Shown: piece by piece, positions 50,759 through 63,240 of the stretch | Numbering within the stretch: the stretch's first letter is position 1 | Layout: each line of letters starts with the position of its first letter | Source of the DNA: Octopus sinensis | Lineage: Eukaryota | Length of the DNA: 64,000 bases | Reading direction: 5' to 3' | NCBI RefSeq assembly: GCF_006345805.1 | Contig: NC_043004.1 | Span: 29,078,001 to 29,142,000 of the forward strand | The notes under the pieces: generated by a model | Databases searched by the model: none | Seen by the model: the letters and a program-made list of their open reading frames with translations, nothing else | Told to the model about the DNA's origin: nothing | Made by a program: the position numbers and the translations under genes

Positions 50759-51973
50759 TCTATATTAATACGCTAAAGCCGACATGTGTTGCACTGTCAC
50801 GTGATTAGTTGAAAGGAAAGGCGAAGAACGAGAGAGAAAGAAGTCTCAACGATGTGAGGCAGGAGGAACGAAATATTTATCACGTGGTTAAAAAGTTAAT
50901 TGAAAGGTGTGATATAGAGAAAGAGTTAAAATACAATGTATAGCAGAGTGGTGACGAGGTTAGAGAGAGAGAGAAATATAAAGAGGTAAATTTATATTTG
51001 GCAGCGGTAAATTTCAAACATATATTATTGTAACTAACAAGAAATAGTATATTAATATTCGAGTTTTTTTATATCTTCCATCTGTCGATCTATTATCTGC
51101 CTATCCACTTCGACAAATACATCGATTGGTAGACCGAAGAAAGAATAATAATAATAAACTTAGAAAGATAGATTTTTCAATGAAGCTTAGCAAAATAGCC
51201 ATGAATATTATTATTTTTTAAAAATTTATTATTCGAACTTCGTATTGACAATAAAAGTAGACATGAACAAACTTAGACTGAGCTTTGTTTCCGAAAACTA
51301 TTGGTGGTGGTGACGGTGGTGACGGTAGTGAAGGTGGTGATGGTGGTGAGTGGATAGTGCAAAGTGTAGTTTTTGTTTTTTATTGAACTAAATTTTTTAT
51401 ATCGCCTACCACTTAACGCATGCGCATAAGTGCAATTGTTTGTCATCTGCTTGCTTGAAAACTGACATTTGTTTACAAAATATGGATAACAGACAATGTA
51501 AGCTAACGAAAGAATGAGGTAGTATAGGCAATGATGTAAAGAGAAGCAGAGGGTCGAATAAGTAGAACAAGCACAGAAGCATCAACAAGTAAAAGGGAAA
51601 ATATGAATCAAAAAGTATATTGGAAGTATTTATAACAGATAAAAGAACGTGTTCAAGACAGAATATAAAATGAAAATGAGAGAAAACGCCAAGAAAACTG
51701 TAAACAAATTGTTGAAAGTTACAATATCGGTGACTTGAATATTCTCTGTAATCGTTGTCAAGCTTTTAGATTTATAAATGAACCTCTGAAGTGTTGAGAG
51801 AGAAAGGAGAAGTCTGTTACAGCTTTATCCAAAACTGAAAGGTGTCTTTTTTAATATACAATTCATATAATATTAGTGTTTTAATATAAACACTAATTTT
51901 TATAACTCTGTATAAACTTATAACCATCTAAAAAATTTCGAATTTACCGTGGGATTTCCACAGGTGCTGCTAA
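50759..51973 (+). mobile_element. Non-autonomous Helitron (about 1.2 kb)
   Basis: 5' TCtatattaata (base before is T, not the canonical A). Internal YNIGDLNILCNRCQAFRFINEPLKC* resembles the Helitron N-terminal Cys motif. 3' hairpin ccgtgg-gattt-ccacagg followed by CTAA|T. Confidence 0.6.
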
Positions 51974-51976
51974 TTA

Positions 51977-52017
<41 letters not shown>

Positions 52018-52320
52018 GAGTGAGAGAGCAGTTCATGCCATCAAAGTGACACTGGGGTACAATATACGAAGCCCAATATACCCATCATGATTACCCGTCT
52101 GATAAGGGTACACCAGGCACATGCATCACAACCATATGTGCGCGACATGGTGATCTCATATCAAGATAAACAGCACATGACCTTGCAGGTGGGGCCCAGT
52201 TAGAATTTTCTTCAGGTTGAGTAGCCCATCCCGCTCAAACGGTCCCTGAATAAGGGTCGTTTAAGGAAGTTGAAAGAACCACCCATGTTTCCAGAGGTGA
52301 ATTATTCAAACCCCAAAGAT
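52018..52320 (-). mobile_element. 3'-terminal fragment of an (AAT)n-tailed retroelement (long copy)
   Basis: Extends the 33027-33130 sequence; flanked by (ATT)n on both sides. Confidence 0.8.
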
Positions 52321-52348
52321 ATTATTATTATTATTATTATTATTATCA

Positions 52349-52380
<32 letters not shown>

Positions 52381-52383
<3 letters not shown>

Positions 52384-52505
52384 TCCGCCGAGGTCGACTT
52401 TGCCTTTCATCCTTTCGGGGACGATAAATTAAGTACCAGTTGCATAATGGCGTCTATCTAATCGACTGGCCCCCTCCCCCAAAATTTCGGAGTAGAATAG
52501 AAAAT
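52381..52505 (+). mobile_element. 5'-truncated SINE between (ATT)n tracts
   Basis: aattccgccgaggtcgactttgcctttcatcctttcgggg; same family as 23126. Confidence 0.8.
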
Positions 52506-52529
52506 ATTATTATTATTATAATTATTATT

Positions 52530-52588
<59 letters not shown>

Positions 52589-52619
52589 TGTTGTTGTTGT
52601 TGTTGTTGTTTTGACTCGT

Positions 52620-53850
52620 TAGTGACATCCTTGTCCCAAGAGAATTTCGACCAGATTGGATCGCTTGCTTTGTCTATTCTTCTGTAAAGATCAGTATCTA
52701 TTGGTCAGAAAATTCATCGGTAGTTTGGGAATGTCGTCCATGATGATGCGTCGCCACACGTTGAGGCTGACTCATCTGCAGAAATATCTAAACCACTGCG
52801 GTGGTGTGAACTACGGCGTCGAAAGTAAAAGTGAACTGGAGTGGGCGTCCTTCGTATGGTACATCTTTCTGCAGCTCATCTCATTTACCGAGTTGCTGTC
52901 ATGGGTCAAACATAGACCACGACTGTCTGCTTGACATCAAAAATGTTACCAGGTGCTCACGCCATTGTACCAGCTGGTCAAATCCGTTACCGGAAAATAA
53001 TTCAAGATTTCTATAGGAGACTAGTTGATGGCTTGGGGTTGACTTGGTATCGCAAAAACAGCCTGAGTGGTGTCTTCTGGAGGATTTTCATCTCAAAGAC
53101 CATGGACAATTTCCAAGAGTCTTTTGCATAGTGGTGTTACAAGGGACATTGCTTGTTCGAGACAAGTTTTTCCGGCATAGAAGCCCCAACGACCAAACAT
53201 GCCCGCGATGCATGCAGGGAGGCGAAACTGTCCAGCATGCAAGCATCCAGTGTTTGCACATTAACGACTTTTGGGCTACTGTTGAGGTACTGATGTCTTA
53301 TGTAAGACGAATCCAACTGTCCGCCGAGTGTATAATGAAGATCAACGCACCACATTCCTTTAACAGGAAAGGTAGGCAGATCTTTCTTTGATTTGTGGTT
53401 GTGGCAAAAGAGGTTGTGTGGTGGACTCGTCTGAAAGGTTTGAAGGCAGACACTTTTCTGTGTGGCCTAGATTTATCAATTTCTTCAAGTATTATTTGAA
53501 GAGGAAGGTGAGGGTAGAGAGGGAGCTGCTGTTTTATAGCGTGTTTATCAAAAGGAGGTCGGGAGTGCAAGACTGGTGAGGCTGAATGGATCGATTCTGA
53601 GTATTCTTTCCTAAGTTGGAAGAAAGAAATTAAAAGGTGGAACTTTCCATGCCTTAGGGATGGCAGAATAATCTAGGATTAAATGAACTACTCTACTATA
53701 GGGGAATCTGTTTATTATTTTCATTTCTACTTTTATATTCTTTTCTTAAATCCTTATTTAGTGTCTCCTCTTCATCGATGTAAACCCCCACCTGTTTGTG
53801 TGTTGTATCTCGTTATTTGATATTGTACTCCATGTCTTGGGACCCTGTGG
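52620..53850 (+). mobile_element. Degraded L1/Tx1-clade LINE 3' end
   Basis: ESFAWWCYKGTLLVRDKF..CPRC..ETVQHASIQC (CCHC), then VVWWTRLKGL..DL..FFKYYLKRKVRVER, a 3' UTR and aataaaa. Confidence 0.7.
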
Positions 53851-53881
53851 CCAATAAAAGAAATTATTATTATTATTATTA

Positions 53882-53939
<58 letters not shown>

Positions 53940-53942
53940 TTT

Positions 53943-54040
53943 AAGACGGCGAGCTGCCATAATCATTAGTCTCAGTCAAGCACTGGGATCGACATAATCT
54001 CTTCCCAAATTTCATGGCTTAGGCCTATAATAGAAAGGAT
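53943..54040 (+). mobile_element. Internally deleted SINE between (ATT)n tracts
   Basis: Head aagacggcgagctg and tail cctataatagaaaggattattatt. Confidence 0.7.
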
Positions 54041-57000
54041 TATTATTATTATATGTTGCAAAAACGCACTATTAAAATCCTCAAAATTGTTACAAGTGTT
54101 AGGACACACAACATTTAAGGATTCTTCAAAGCGACCTATCATACTTCCAAAATTGCATCCCATATCATGGATTCTAATCGGCTTATGACTCTCTACAAAA
54201 ATGTCTTGTGTTCCCCACACTGGGGTACTTGTCATATATCTTGTACGTTGTGATGCTGTACATACCCCCCCACACACACACACATACACAAAGATTCTAG
54301 AAAGATTGCATCCGAAAGAAAGTCATTCTACTGATTAGTAAATAGTCTATCATCGATACCCTGCAACTATTTATTCACAGACGTGATCTCTTAGCTGTAG
54401 CGCTTTTGTACTAATGCTATGACTACTTTTGCTACAAGTTAGCTGCATCCTCCCTGCACCATCCGGCCTTCCTGTCTGTTTGTCTGTCTGTATGTATGTA
54501 TGTATGTCTCCCCCCCCCCGCGCGCTCTCTCTCTCTCTCTTCCTTTAGTTAAGCCTACTGTGTCTCACTTTCCTTATCTTATCCCTAAACACTGTCCCAT
54601 ATCTTTCCTCCTGTATCTGCTATCCACAGGACGGAATCTCTCCTCGTTCATTATAAAAATACATCTATATATTATTCATCATCAACATCAAGCGTGCATC
54701 TATTTCCAGTTGCACTGTTTACATGTCCTTCAATATATGTCAATAGCTAGCATAAACCATCTAGTGGTGAAGATTTTTCAATTATTGTGCGCTGAAAGAA
54801 ATCACTTTACACGCCATAGAGCATGTAAATCGACGTTAAAATTCACTGTTAATGCGTAGTACATTTGCTGGCAAGAGTAAAATGCATTCACACTGAAGCA
54901 TAAGTACAAGAAAATACATTATATCTTAAGGCGCAGGTTGAATTTCTACATTTGATGCCAAAATTGCTGTAGGCAGTCTGTTATTTAAAAGTTCTACGTG
55001 TGTGGTTGTGTTTGGTTGTAGTGTAATGGCTGTTCCAGGCTATATTTGTGGTCTCTTGAGTGCTTCATATCTCCATGAAAACAAGGAAAAATCTTCTAGG
55101 GTGTGTAGTAGTTTTCTTGTTCAGCTAACGATGAGACTATCAAAGTTACCTGAAAGAATTTCTCACAAATAATATTTAAATTAGTTATAGATATGTAGTC
55201 ACAGCTAAACAAGGTCAGCAAATATAAACAAAACAGCACACAACGACAGAGAGTAGAAACTATGTAACTTACTAGAAAGCAAGCAGATCTAAATATAAAC
55301 TATTATGGTTTTTCATTAATTTTTGATTTGTTCTTTACACTCAAGTGAGATTTATCAATACATACAAGATTAAAGAAGTGAAAAATGTTACATCTCATTT
55401 TTCCACTGCTAGTTAGCTTAAACAGGAGTTACAACTCATTCTAGAAAGGCATGTCGCACAGATGTCCTCCTGCTATGAGAAACAACATCGCAACCAATCT
55501 AGAACCATACATTGTCTTCGTATTGCTGCTGGTGTATTATGCAGTCATTTGTTCAGTACTGAGTAGGATTCCATACACCTCCCCATAGAGTGGCTTTAGC
55601 GCTTATTGTTATCAGCTCTTGATTATGAATAGGGTTGTGTTTTCGGGCTATATTTCATGGTTGTGAGTTATAGTTAGTATTTGTCTCCCTTTAATTGAAA
55701 ACAATCTTTCTAATTTCACATTCGAGAAGACATATATTCAAATACACAAAATGGCATATGTTGTGCCACGGCCACTCTGAGCTATTGGCCAACATCGTTA
55801 GAATAAAAGTTTTTTTTCGTCATCCTAGTCATGACCCAACTACAAAAGCCAGTGCGAGAATAACTGACGGTTATAGAATGTTAGGGCATATGACCAGGAC
55901 GACTATTCAGTGGCTATGTACTACACATACAGAACAATCCAGCTTTCCAAGCTTTTCATAATATAATTAACAAGATATGGTCAAATAAATCTGCCACTAG
56001 TGGTTTAAGAATAACATCTTAATGATCTAATACATAAATAAAGGCAGGATTTATCAACTTTGCTTACATCATTGAGTGGAAATGCCTCTTCCTGGTGGTA
56101 AAGCATGGTCTAGTCAAGATGTAGTGCAGATGATATGATTGCCAGTTAAAGCTTAAAAGACATAAAGCTTGTAATGCGTAGTGTTGGGAAAATGAAATAG
56201 TTTAATCATGTCTTCGGCGATTTCCTTTCAATAGCGATCTCCATGGTTGTCATGTAGAATTTGTTAACAGAAATTATCTGATGATTTCAAGGAAACATGG
56301 TGATCATTATTCACTCTGAAGAAAGCTAACGGCTACATGTCTCTAAACCATGCCTCCAATCGAAAGTAGGTTCCTGCAAATATATCATTCAACATTTATC
56401 ATAGGTTAGACGTTCTGTATTTTGTTCGTTTATAGCATTTTAAATTCAAAGGGTATCTGGAAACGATATTATGAATATCGATATACATTTTGACATGCAG
56501 AACATTTGGTTTGCAAGTTTAATTCATCAATGGGTTTAATATTACAACCTGACACGTAATACGCGTAATAGAGTTCTCTTTACTGTAAATATCAGGGCTA
56601 GATCACTAGTCAAATTATAACCTCCCCTCCCTCAGTCTTAGAGGTCATAGCTATTGGCACAACCCTTCCACCTCTGTCTTAGAAAAACACGAAAAATATA
56701 TTGATAACGATTTAGTACATTGCTGATTACTTCGTATCTGAGAGCGGCCAACATTTAAAATATAGACGCTGATACAATCTGCTATCAGTGTACAACAATG
56801 GCCAGGTTATCAAAATTGTATTATTTCACCTACATTGAATCTGCTTGAATCAGCAATGAGTGTCGCTTTTGAATACGGGAATGCTTAATTTGTGTGTTGC
56901 ACTCAGATGTTCGACCAACTACCAACCAATTATAGGTATACATGAGTAGACATGACCAGGCCGACCCATAAAAACATCAAACTATTGGTGAGAATAGCTA

Positions 57001-58584
57001 AAGCCAATCTGCCTTGTGGTTCACTCATAGGTATTTGGACAATCAAACATACGAAATAAATTGCGTTCAGCAATGTTTTACAGATGGACTCTTAGACATC
57101 ACACAATTTTTTTCAACTGCGCTGCAGGAGCACTCACTAGTTTGGAAAATGAGTAATATTAATATCTTTTAGCAAAAATATTCCCTATTTATTAAGCATT
57201 ATTTGCTTTGTCATTCTAGTCTTAATATAACAGCCTGCATCGATAGGTCTCTCTCTGAGTCCAATCAATCATCTCTTGTGTAACATCAAGAAATATTTTG
57301 ACTCAAATAATTTTTAATGATTTGCTCTGTTGTCGTTAACCTACATTCTCATATACAAATTATACTGCCCTTTATTCTCTTTAATTTTCCGTATACATTT
57401 GTCACCCACACGCATATTAGGCATCTAACAGGTATGTAAAACTAATAAATATTGAGAATACGACTACCTTGAATCTCTCAATAGTGCTAAGATATCAATG
57501 TTGTTGAAAAAATAATTCTCAGGATAAGTATAAATACCTGCGGAGCTATATATAAACCACACCAAACTGTTCATGCCAAAAAGTTCAACCTTATCTTATT
57601 GGAAATACCATTTTCCTTATGATTTTAGATTTTAAACATTTGTAGACGGGTTATTGTATACCAGTCACTTAGATAATCTTTTGATCGAAGTTTTCCAACT
57701 TAGTATACATTTGAGATCCTGCCGTGTTAGTACTAAGTCATGCACACCCCAAAATTTACTAATGCATTATTTATTGTCTACTTATGAATAAGTAGCAAAA
57801 ATCTTCATTCTTTCTTCAAATGCTAAGTTTACAATTCCCGCTGTTCTTTTGTTCTGATCAAATATCTATGATACAGTGATGATGTCGTATCGTTAATGAT
57901 CGAACATTATTGAACTATGATGAAACTAGTTTCTGATCGACCAATATTCAAAATCGTTCCATATTGTTACTACTATCCACAAATGTGTGACACTATCTCT
58001 ACGAAAAGTAATTCCTTGGTAAGCTGTTCGCTATTTCTTGTCTCTTCTTGACGTTAAAATGGTATTCGATGTTCAAACGTGTACAGCCCCACTCATCAAC
58101 TCTCTTAATCAAGTGTGTACAAAACGGGAAGAGAACTTTTCAAATCTTCAAATGTGTACAGTTTCAATCAAACCCATAGGTATTTTATAGTATCTAATTG
58201 GCTGTTGCATATTTCCGATTCCAAATTTCATCAAATGTACTCTGTTTTTCCAACCTTTCTGGTTTGATAAAGTGACAGTAATATACTAAGCGTTTTGTAT
58301 GATTGATCTCACATTATGTTTCTTGCTCATAAAAGTAAAGTATTCTAGAGGAATTTGAATAAATCCTTAGTCTACCTTTTGAAACTTTGATTTAAAATTG
58401 AATTCTGGAAAATACCGAAATGAAAACTTATGGTTGTAAAAAATAGTTTGTGCTCAAATGAATCGACAATCTGTTGATGACTAGTTATAACTAATGATTA
58501 TTCATAGTATTTTGATGTTATATATCTAAAGTTTTCAGCTGGTATCAATTGTATAAAAATGTTGTATATAGATTTTGAATATTT

Positions 58585-58981
58585 TATCTTTTATCTTTTA
58601 CTTGCTTCAGTCAATGGACTGCGGCTATGCTGGGGTTCCGCCTTGAATTTTTTAGTCGAATAAATCGACTCTAGTACTTATTTTTAGGCCAGGTAATTAT
58701 TCTATCGGTCTCTTATGCCGAACCGCTAAACACGGGGTCGTAAACACACCAACACCGGTTGTCAATTGGTGAGGGGGGGGACAAACACAGACACAAAGAC
58801 ACACACGCACATAGATATATATATATATACATATATAAGCGACGGGCTTCTTTCAACTTACAAGGCTTTGGTTAGCCCGAGGCTAGAGTAGAAGACAATC
58901 ACCCAAAGTGCCAGGCAGTGGGACTGAACCCGGAACCATGCGTTTGGGAAGCAAGCTTCTTACCACACCAGCCACTCCTGC
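58585..58981 (-). mobile_element. Near full-length tRNA/CORE SINE with internal microsatellite
   Basis: Reverse complement head gcaggagtggctggtgtggtaagaagc..gggttcagtccc, CORE-like cactttgggtgattgtcttct, an internal (TA/TG) tract, and a tail shared with 18560 and 19121. Confidence 0.85.
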
Positions 58982-59247
58982 GAATGATAATATTTAGTTT
59001 CTAAAGCAATTATAGAGATTGTTACCCAAAACCTTTCTTTTCAAATACATTATTATTGACAGAGATATTTGTAGATTAAGTGTTGTTGTTTATTGTACTG
59101 CTTTCCGACATTTCAGGAGTTATTGATACTTAAAGCGTTTGTTTGTTTTTTTTAATAACATGTTTCTAGATGAAATGTATAAATACTCTTTATAAAGTTT
59201 CGGTATGATTTTATTTAAAATATATTTCTTTTTTCTTTTAATTTCAG

Positions 59248-59360
59248 GCTGCACAGAAATACTCGCATCGGCATAGCAGATGTAAATCCTTATCTCAATT
59301 GTATCCTCTGTGGGGGTTATTACATCGATGCTACGACAATCATAGAGTGTTTGCATTCTT
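59248..59360 (+). CDS. BMI1: BMI1/PCGF-type Polycomb RING finger protein, coding exon (N-terminal half of RING)
   Basis: Polypyrimidine tract plus tttcag acceptor (AG 59246-47) and gtaagt donor (59361). Reads g|[37 protein letters not shown]|T. This closely resembles BMI1 [38 protein letters not shown] (recalled sequence). BMI1 versus another PCGF paralog is not resolved. Confidence 0.93.
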
Positions 59361-60795
59361 GTAAGTAACTAAGAACTTATTTAAGCAATAACACTGGGAA
59401 ACAATGTTTATATATTTCTGCTTTTCACTTTAATCTATTTAGAAGGTTCTCATACAACTTATCGAAAAAAATAATGTATATTACAAGACATTAGTCTAGC
59501 AAAGAGGGAACTAGATGTAACACTTGACTACTAGTTCGTATACTGAATTCATATAATAAATTTTTTGTTATAATTACGAATATCAATAAAGAAACTTCAA
59601 TTTTCTTTGCATTCCATTTTCACCTTAACTTGCCATTCGGCTAATCATCATTAGAGAAACACATCAACGTGTGGTTGTTTATAACGTATGTCCATGCCTG
59701 AAGGTCTAAAGTATATTTAAGGATCTCTTCAAAGCAATGTTCTGGGGTCCCTAATGCTCTAAACTCTCAGCGTATTAAATTTTTTGCATGTAATAATTCT
59801 TGCGTTGTTGTTATAAATTGTATTAATTTTAATTCTTACTGTTGAAACTTAGGCGCTCTTGTTCGACACGGGATCTATCGATTTAGTTTTGTTTTGTTTC
59901 TTGATGTGACACTATAAAGACATTTGCCTTAACAAATGTATTCTTGACTAAAACAAATTCCAACACAAGCCACCGAGGGAAACTCTACGAGTTGTTAGAT
60001 CTGTTAGCAATCAAATCTTCCTCAACTCAAGTACCATAGTTCAAAAAGGAAGTGTTGTTTAATGTCAATATTAGAAACATCTTATCCGAGGAAAATACTT
60101 TAATCCCAAATATGCATGAAGAGAGCTGTCCTGAAGCTAAAACAACAAATTCCAACACAGTTTTGTGTTTTAGATCATATAAAATCCTGGACTACAAAAC
60201 ACTTTCTTGAGAAAACATAGGTAAGGGTAAATGGGCGACTATCATTCTACCAAGAACTATTAATAAAGTGACCATATAGAAGTTCGCTTCTTGGTTGTAT
60301 TTTATTTTTAGCCAAATTCGATGACGTTTGCGTGGTGTCATCTTTTAAAATGTGTACAATCAAGTAAGTGTCTTGATACTATAATATCTACGGAACTAAA
60401 GCATTCGATTCTGAAACTAATTAATCGGAACTGCATTGCACCACAGTGCAGAAATTTGAATGTTATTTGCATAATAACAAGCATTTTATATATGTCCTTA
60501 CGTTTTTATGAATGGTATCGGGAGAAGCATTGATAGTATTTCTTAAATATTCTGAATTGAAATATCATAATTTGTACTGAATTTCATTTGTATCGGTGAA
60601 ATCTGAAAGTAAATAAAGTAACAAAACATTTGCAAGTGTTCTTTCTGCATGTACAAAAATCGAAAATTTATCAAAGTGAAGTATAGTACTTTTTGAAAAA
60701 TTATTCAGACTGTCATCTCCGGAATATCCTCGATGTGTAGGCAGGGAGATGCGCGCGCGCACACGCCGCACACGCACACACACACACACACACAC

Positions 60796-60864
<69 letters not shown>

Positions 60865-60981
60865 GTTCTAATAATATCAAATTTAGTTATTGTAATCATT
60901 ACTTTGTTTATGCTATACAGCATTTCGTATATGAAGAGCAGGCACAAATATATTTGTATTTCTTTTCTCTCTCCAACCTAG

Positions 60982-61078
60982 TTTGCCGAACATGTATTGT
61001 CAGATATTTGGAAAGTAGTAAATTCTGCCCCATATGTGATGTAATGGTGCACAAAACCAAACCGTTACAGAATATACG
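60982..61078 (+). CDS. BMI1: BMI1/PCGF-type RING finger protein, next coding exon (97 bp)
   Basis: tcttttctctctccaacctag acceptor and gtgagt donor. Phase joins the previous exon (T|TT = F) and reads [33 protein letters not shown], versus BMI1 [33 protein letters not shown]. Completes the C3HC4 RING. Confidence 0.95.
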
Positions 61079-63109
61079 GTGAGTTTAACACTTGTTTTAT
61101 CAATTGAGACAGTCAATAATTTAATAGAAAATGTTTTCTTTTTGCATGCATTAGAGTGATTTGGTTGATGTACTCAATAGCATTGCTATTTTTTATATCG
61201 CTCACCAAGAGAAGAAAAATTCCATAGGACACATATGTATACATGCATATATATGCAGAGATACCAATATAATATGCATGCATGTGTTTGCATTTGTTTA
61301 AATTTGTAATCAGTATTTGTATTTCGCATGATAACGAGACAAATAATGCGTGGCATAGGAAATATTAAGCTGATCATGTAATTATTGCATGTTCGGGAGC
61401 TGTTCGATCTTTAATAGAAGTTTTATTGCATGTCCTCAGGTTAGAGATATGTTAAGACTCTAATTTTTAAATCTGGTGGTATGATATCTTGTATGAAACT
61501 TTTCTGTGCCACAGTGGCCACATTTTCTCAAAAAACTTATTCTTAGATTGGAAAGAGTATTATGAAGATGTCACTTTCTCGTAATACACTTGTATGGACA
61601 AGAGCTGAGTTGTATGAAATTATGCCAAAACGAGTTGTACTCTTAAAGCATATTTCAAACAAATAATCTATAATGGTCTGTTTAATTGATGTATGCTCTC
61701 TAAAGGCTTACATAGTTGCTGTTTGATCCGAAAAAGCTTATTTAGACAATACATATCCCAGAAAAGGTCTATCAGACTGGCAGAAGCTTTGTCATTTTTA
61801 TGTCAGCACAATAAACAATACATTTTAGGGATTCTTGCCTACAGGAAATACAAATCTGTATTGCAAGCATACAGTATCCTTAGAATCTATATCTGTGCAT
61901 TATGCTGGGTTGATTCGTCATGTGACTGAAGCTCTGTTTTCTTCTCAGTATTGAACAACAAAAATGGCTTTTGAAGAAATATTTTTTGATTATGTAGGGT
62001 TCTGATGCTATTTTTGTTCCACTTTTAGTTTTCATTGGGTGCACTTTTTGTATTTGAGGATATATATATAGCTGTGTTTCCATATATTAGCTGCACTGAA
62101 TTTATATAATGCTACAGATTATTTTAAAAGCAATTATGTGTGTGTGTGTGTGTCTGCGCGCGCGTGCGTGTGTGTGTATACATATGTATATATGCATATG
62201 TGTGAGTGTATATATTTTATTAAATCTGGCTGGACTAACTACGAATAGTTGATTAAGCTAGCAAATCTTAGAGCAGCTACCAAGTCCCACGTCAATTATT
62301 TGGTGACAAGTACTCTACTGATGAAAGCTACTCTATCGTTCAGAATGTCATCCAAATCATATTATTATCTCATTTTTAGTGAAAAAGCAAATACTTTTCT
62401 AATGCAGAGTCACGTCTATACTACTTATTCGACAAGCTCATACACATTCTTTCTAATGCCTCAAGGCTTTTGTGTACATTGCATAGTTCGTATAATTAGA
62501 ACACAGCCAATCCATGACTACCCGGCAATGGTGGAGCAGGTTTACACTGTTTTTCTAGCAATATAGCCAAATATTTGTCACCTAGAATGATAATCAATTA
62601 GAGGCTATAAATATAAATTTTCAATTAGAGAATTTCTCTTATTAGCACGTGATTAGTCTGGAACTGCCAAAAGAGAAAGGCGTCTTTCGTAAAATTTCTG
62701 TAATAGTAAATATGTGCTTGTTAAAGCAGAGTTATAGTGTGTATATGACTGGGCTATTTTAGAGTTTTAGCCATTACGCTTTCAGCAAAAGCTGTTGTTT
62801 AATATGACCCCCCCCCCACCACCACCAAAAAAAAAACCCAGTTATGTAGCCTCTTCCAAACTAACATACTGAAACTTCAGAGAGAATTCACAACAGCGTG
62901 AAGTTTCATGATCTCAATATGGATATCCGATTGTAGAGAAACGCTTGTTACCGAATACGCCATAGTCCACCTTGATACCTTTTTTCTGCATGAGAAGCAA
63001 TGGCATGGCCATTGGTGGGATTTAAATACCTACGAAGAATCTGCACTTAGAAAGCAAAGATGGGAAGACATCTCGTCCAGAGTTCTAACGCTTCCATCAA
63101 TCCCCTGAT

Positions 63110-63240
63110 TGGCGTTTGATTGAGCTTTGAATCCCGAAAAGTTGAAAGGTAAAGTTGGCTTCAGTAGAATTTGATCCCAGGACGTAGATCCCCGGAATGA
63201 ATGCTGCAATGCATTCTGATTCTCTGATAACTCTCATTTC
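63110..63240 (-). mobile_element. Diverged SINE remnant
   Basis: cccgaaaagttgaaaggtaaagttg is the reverse-complement equivalent of the ctttgcctttcatcctttcggg motif. Confidence 0.55.

Noticed and set aside
62466-62540. FCVHCIVRIIRT resembles BMI1 [12 protein letters not shown]
   Set aside because: The acceptor is poor, there is no CPxC motif, and the true exon is at 60982-61078.
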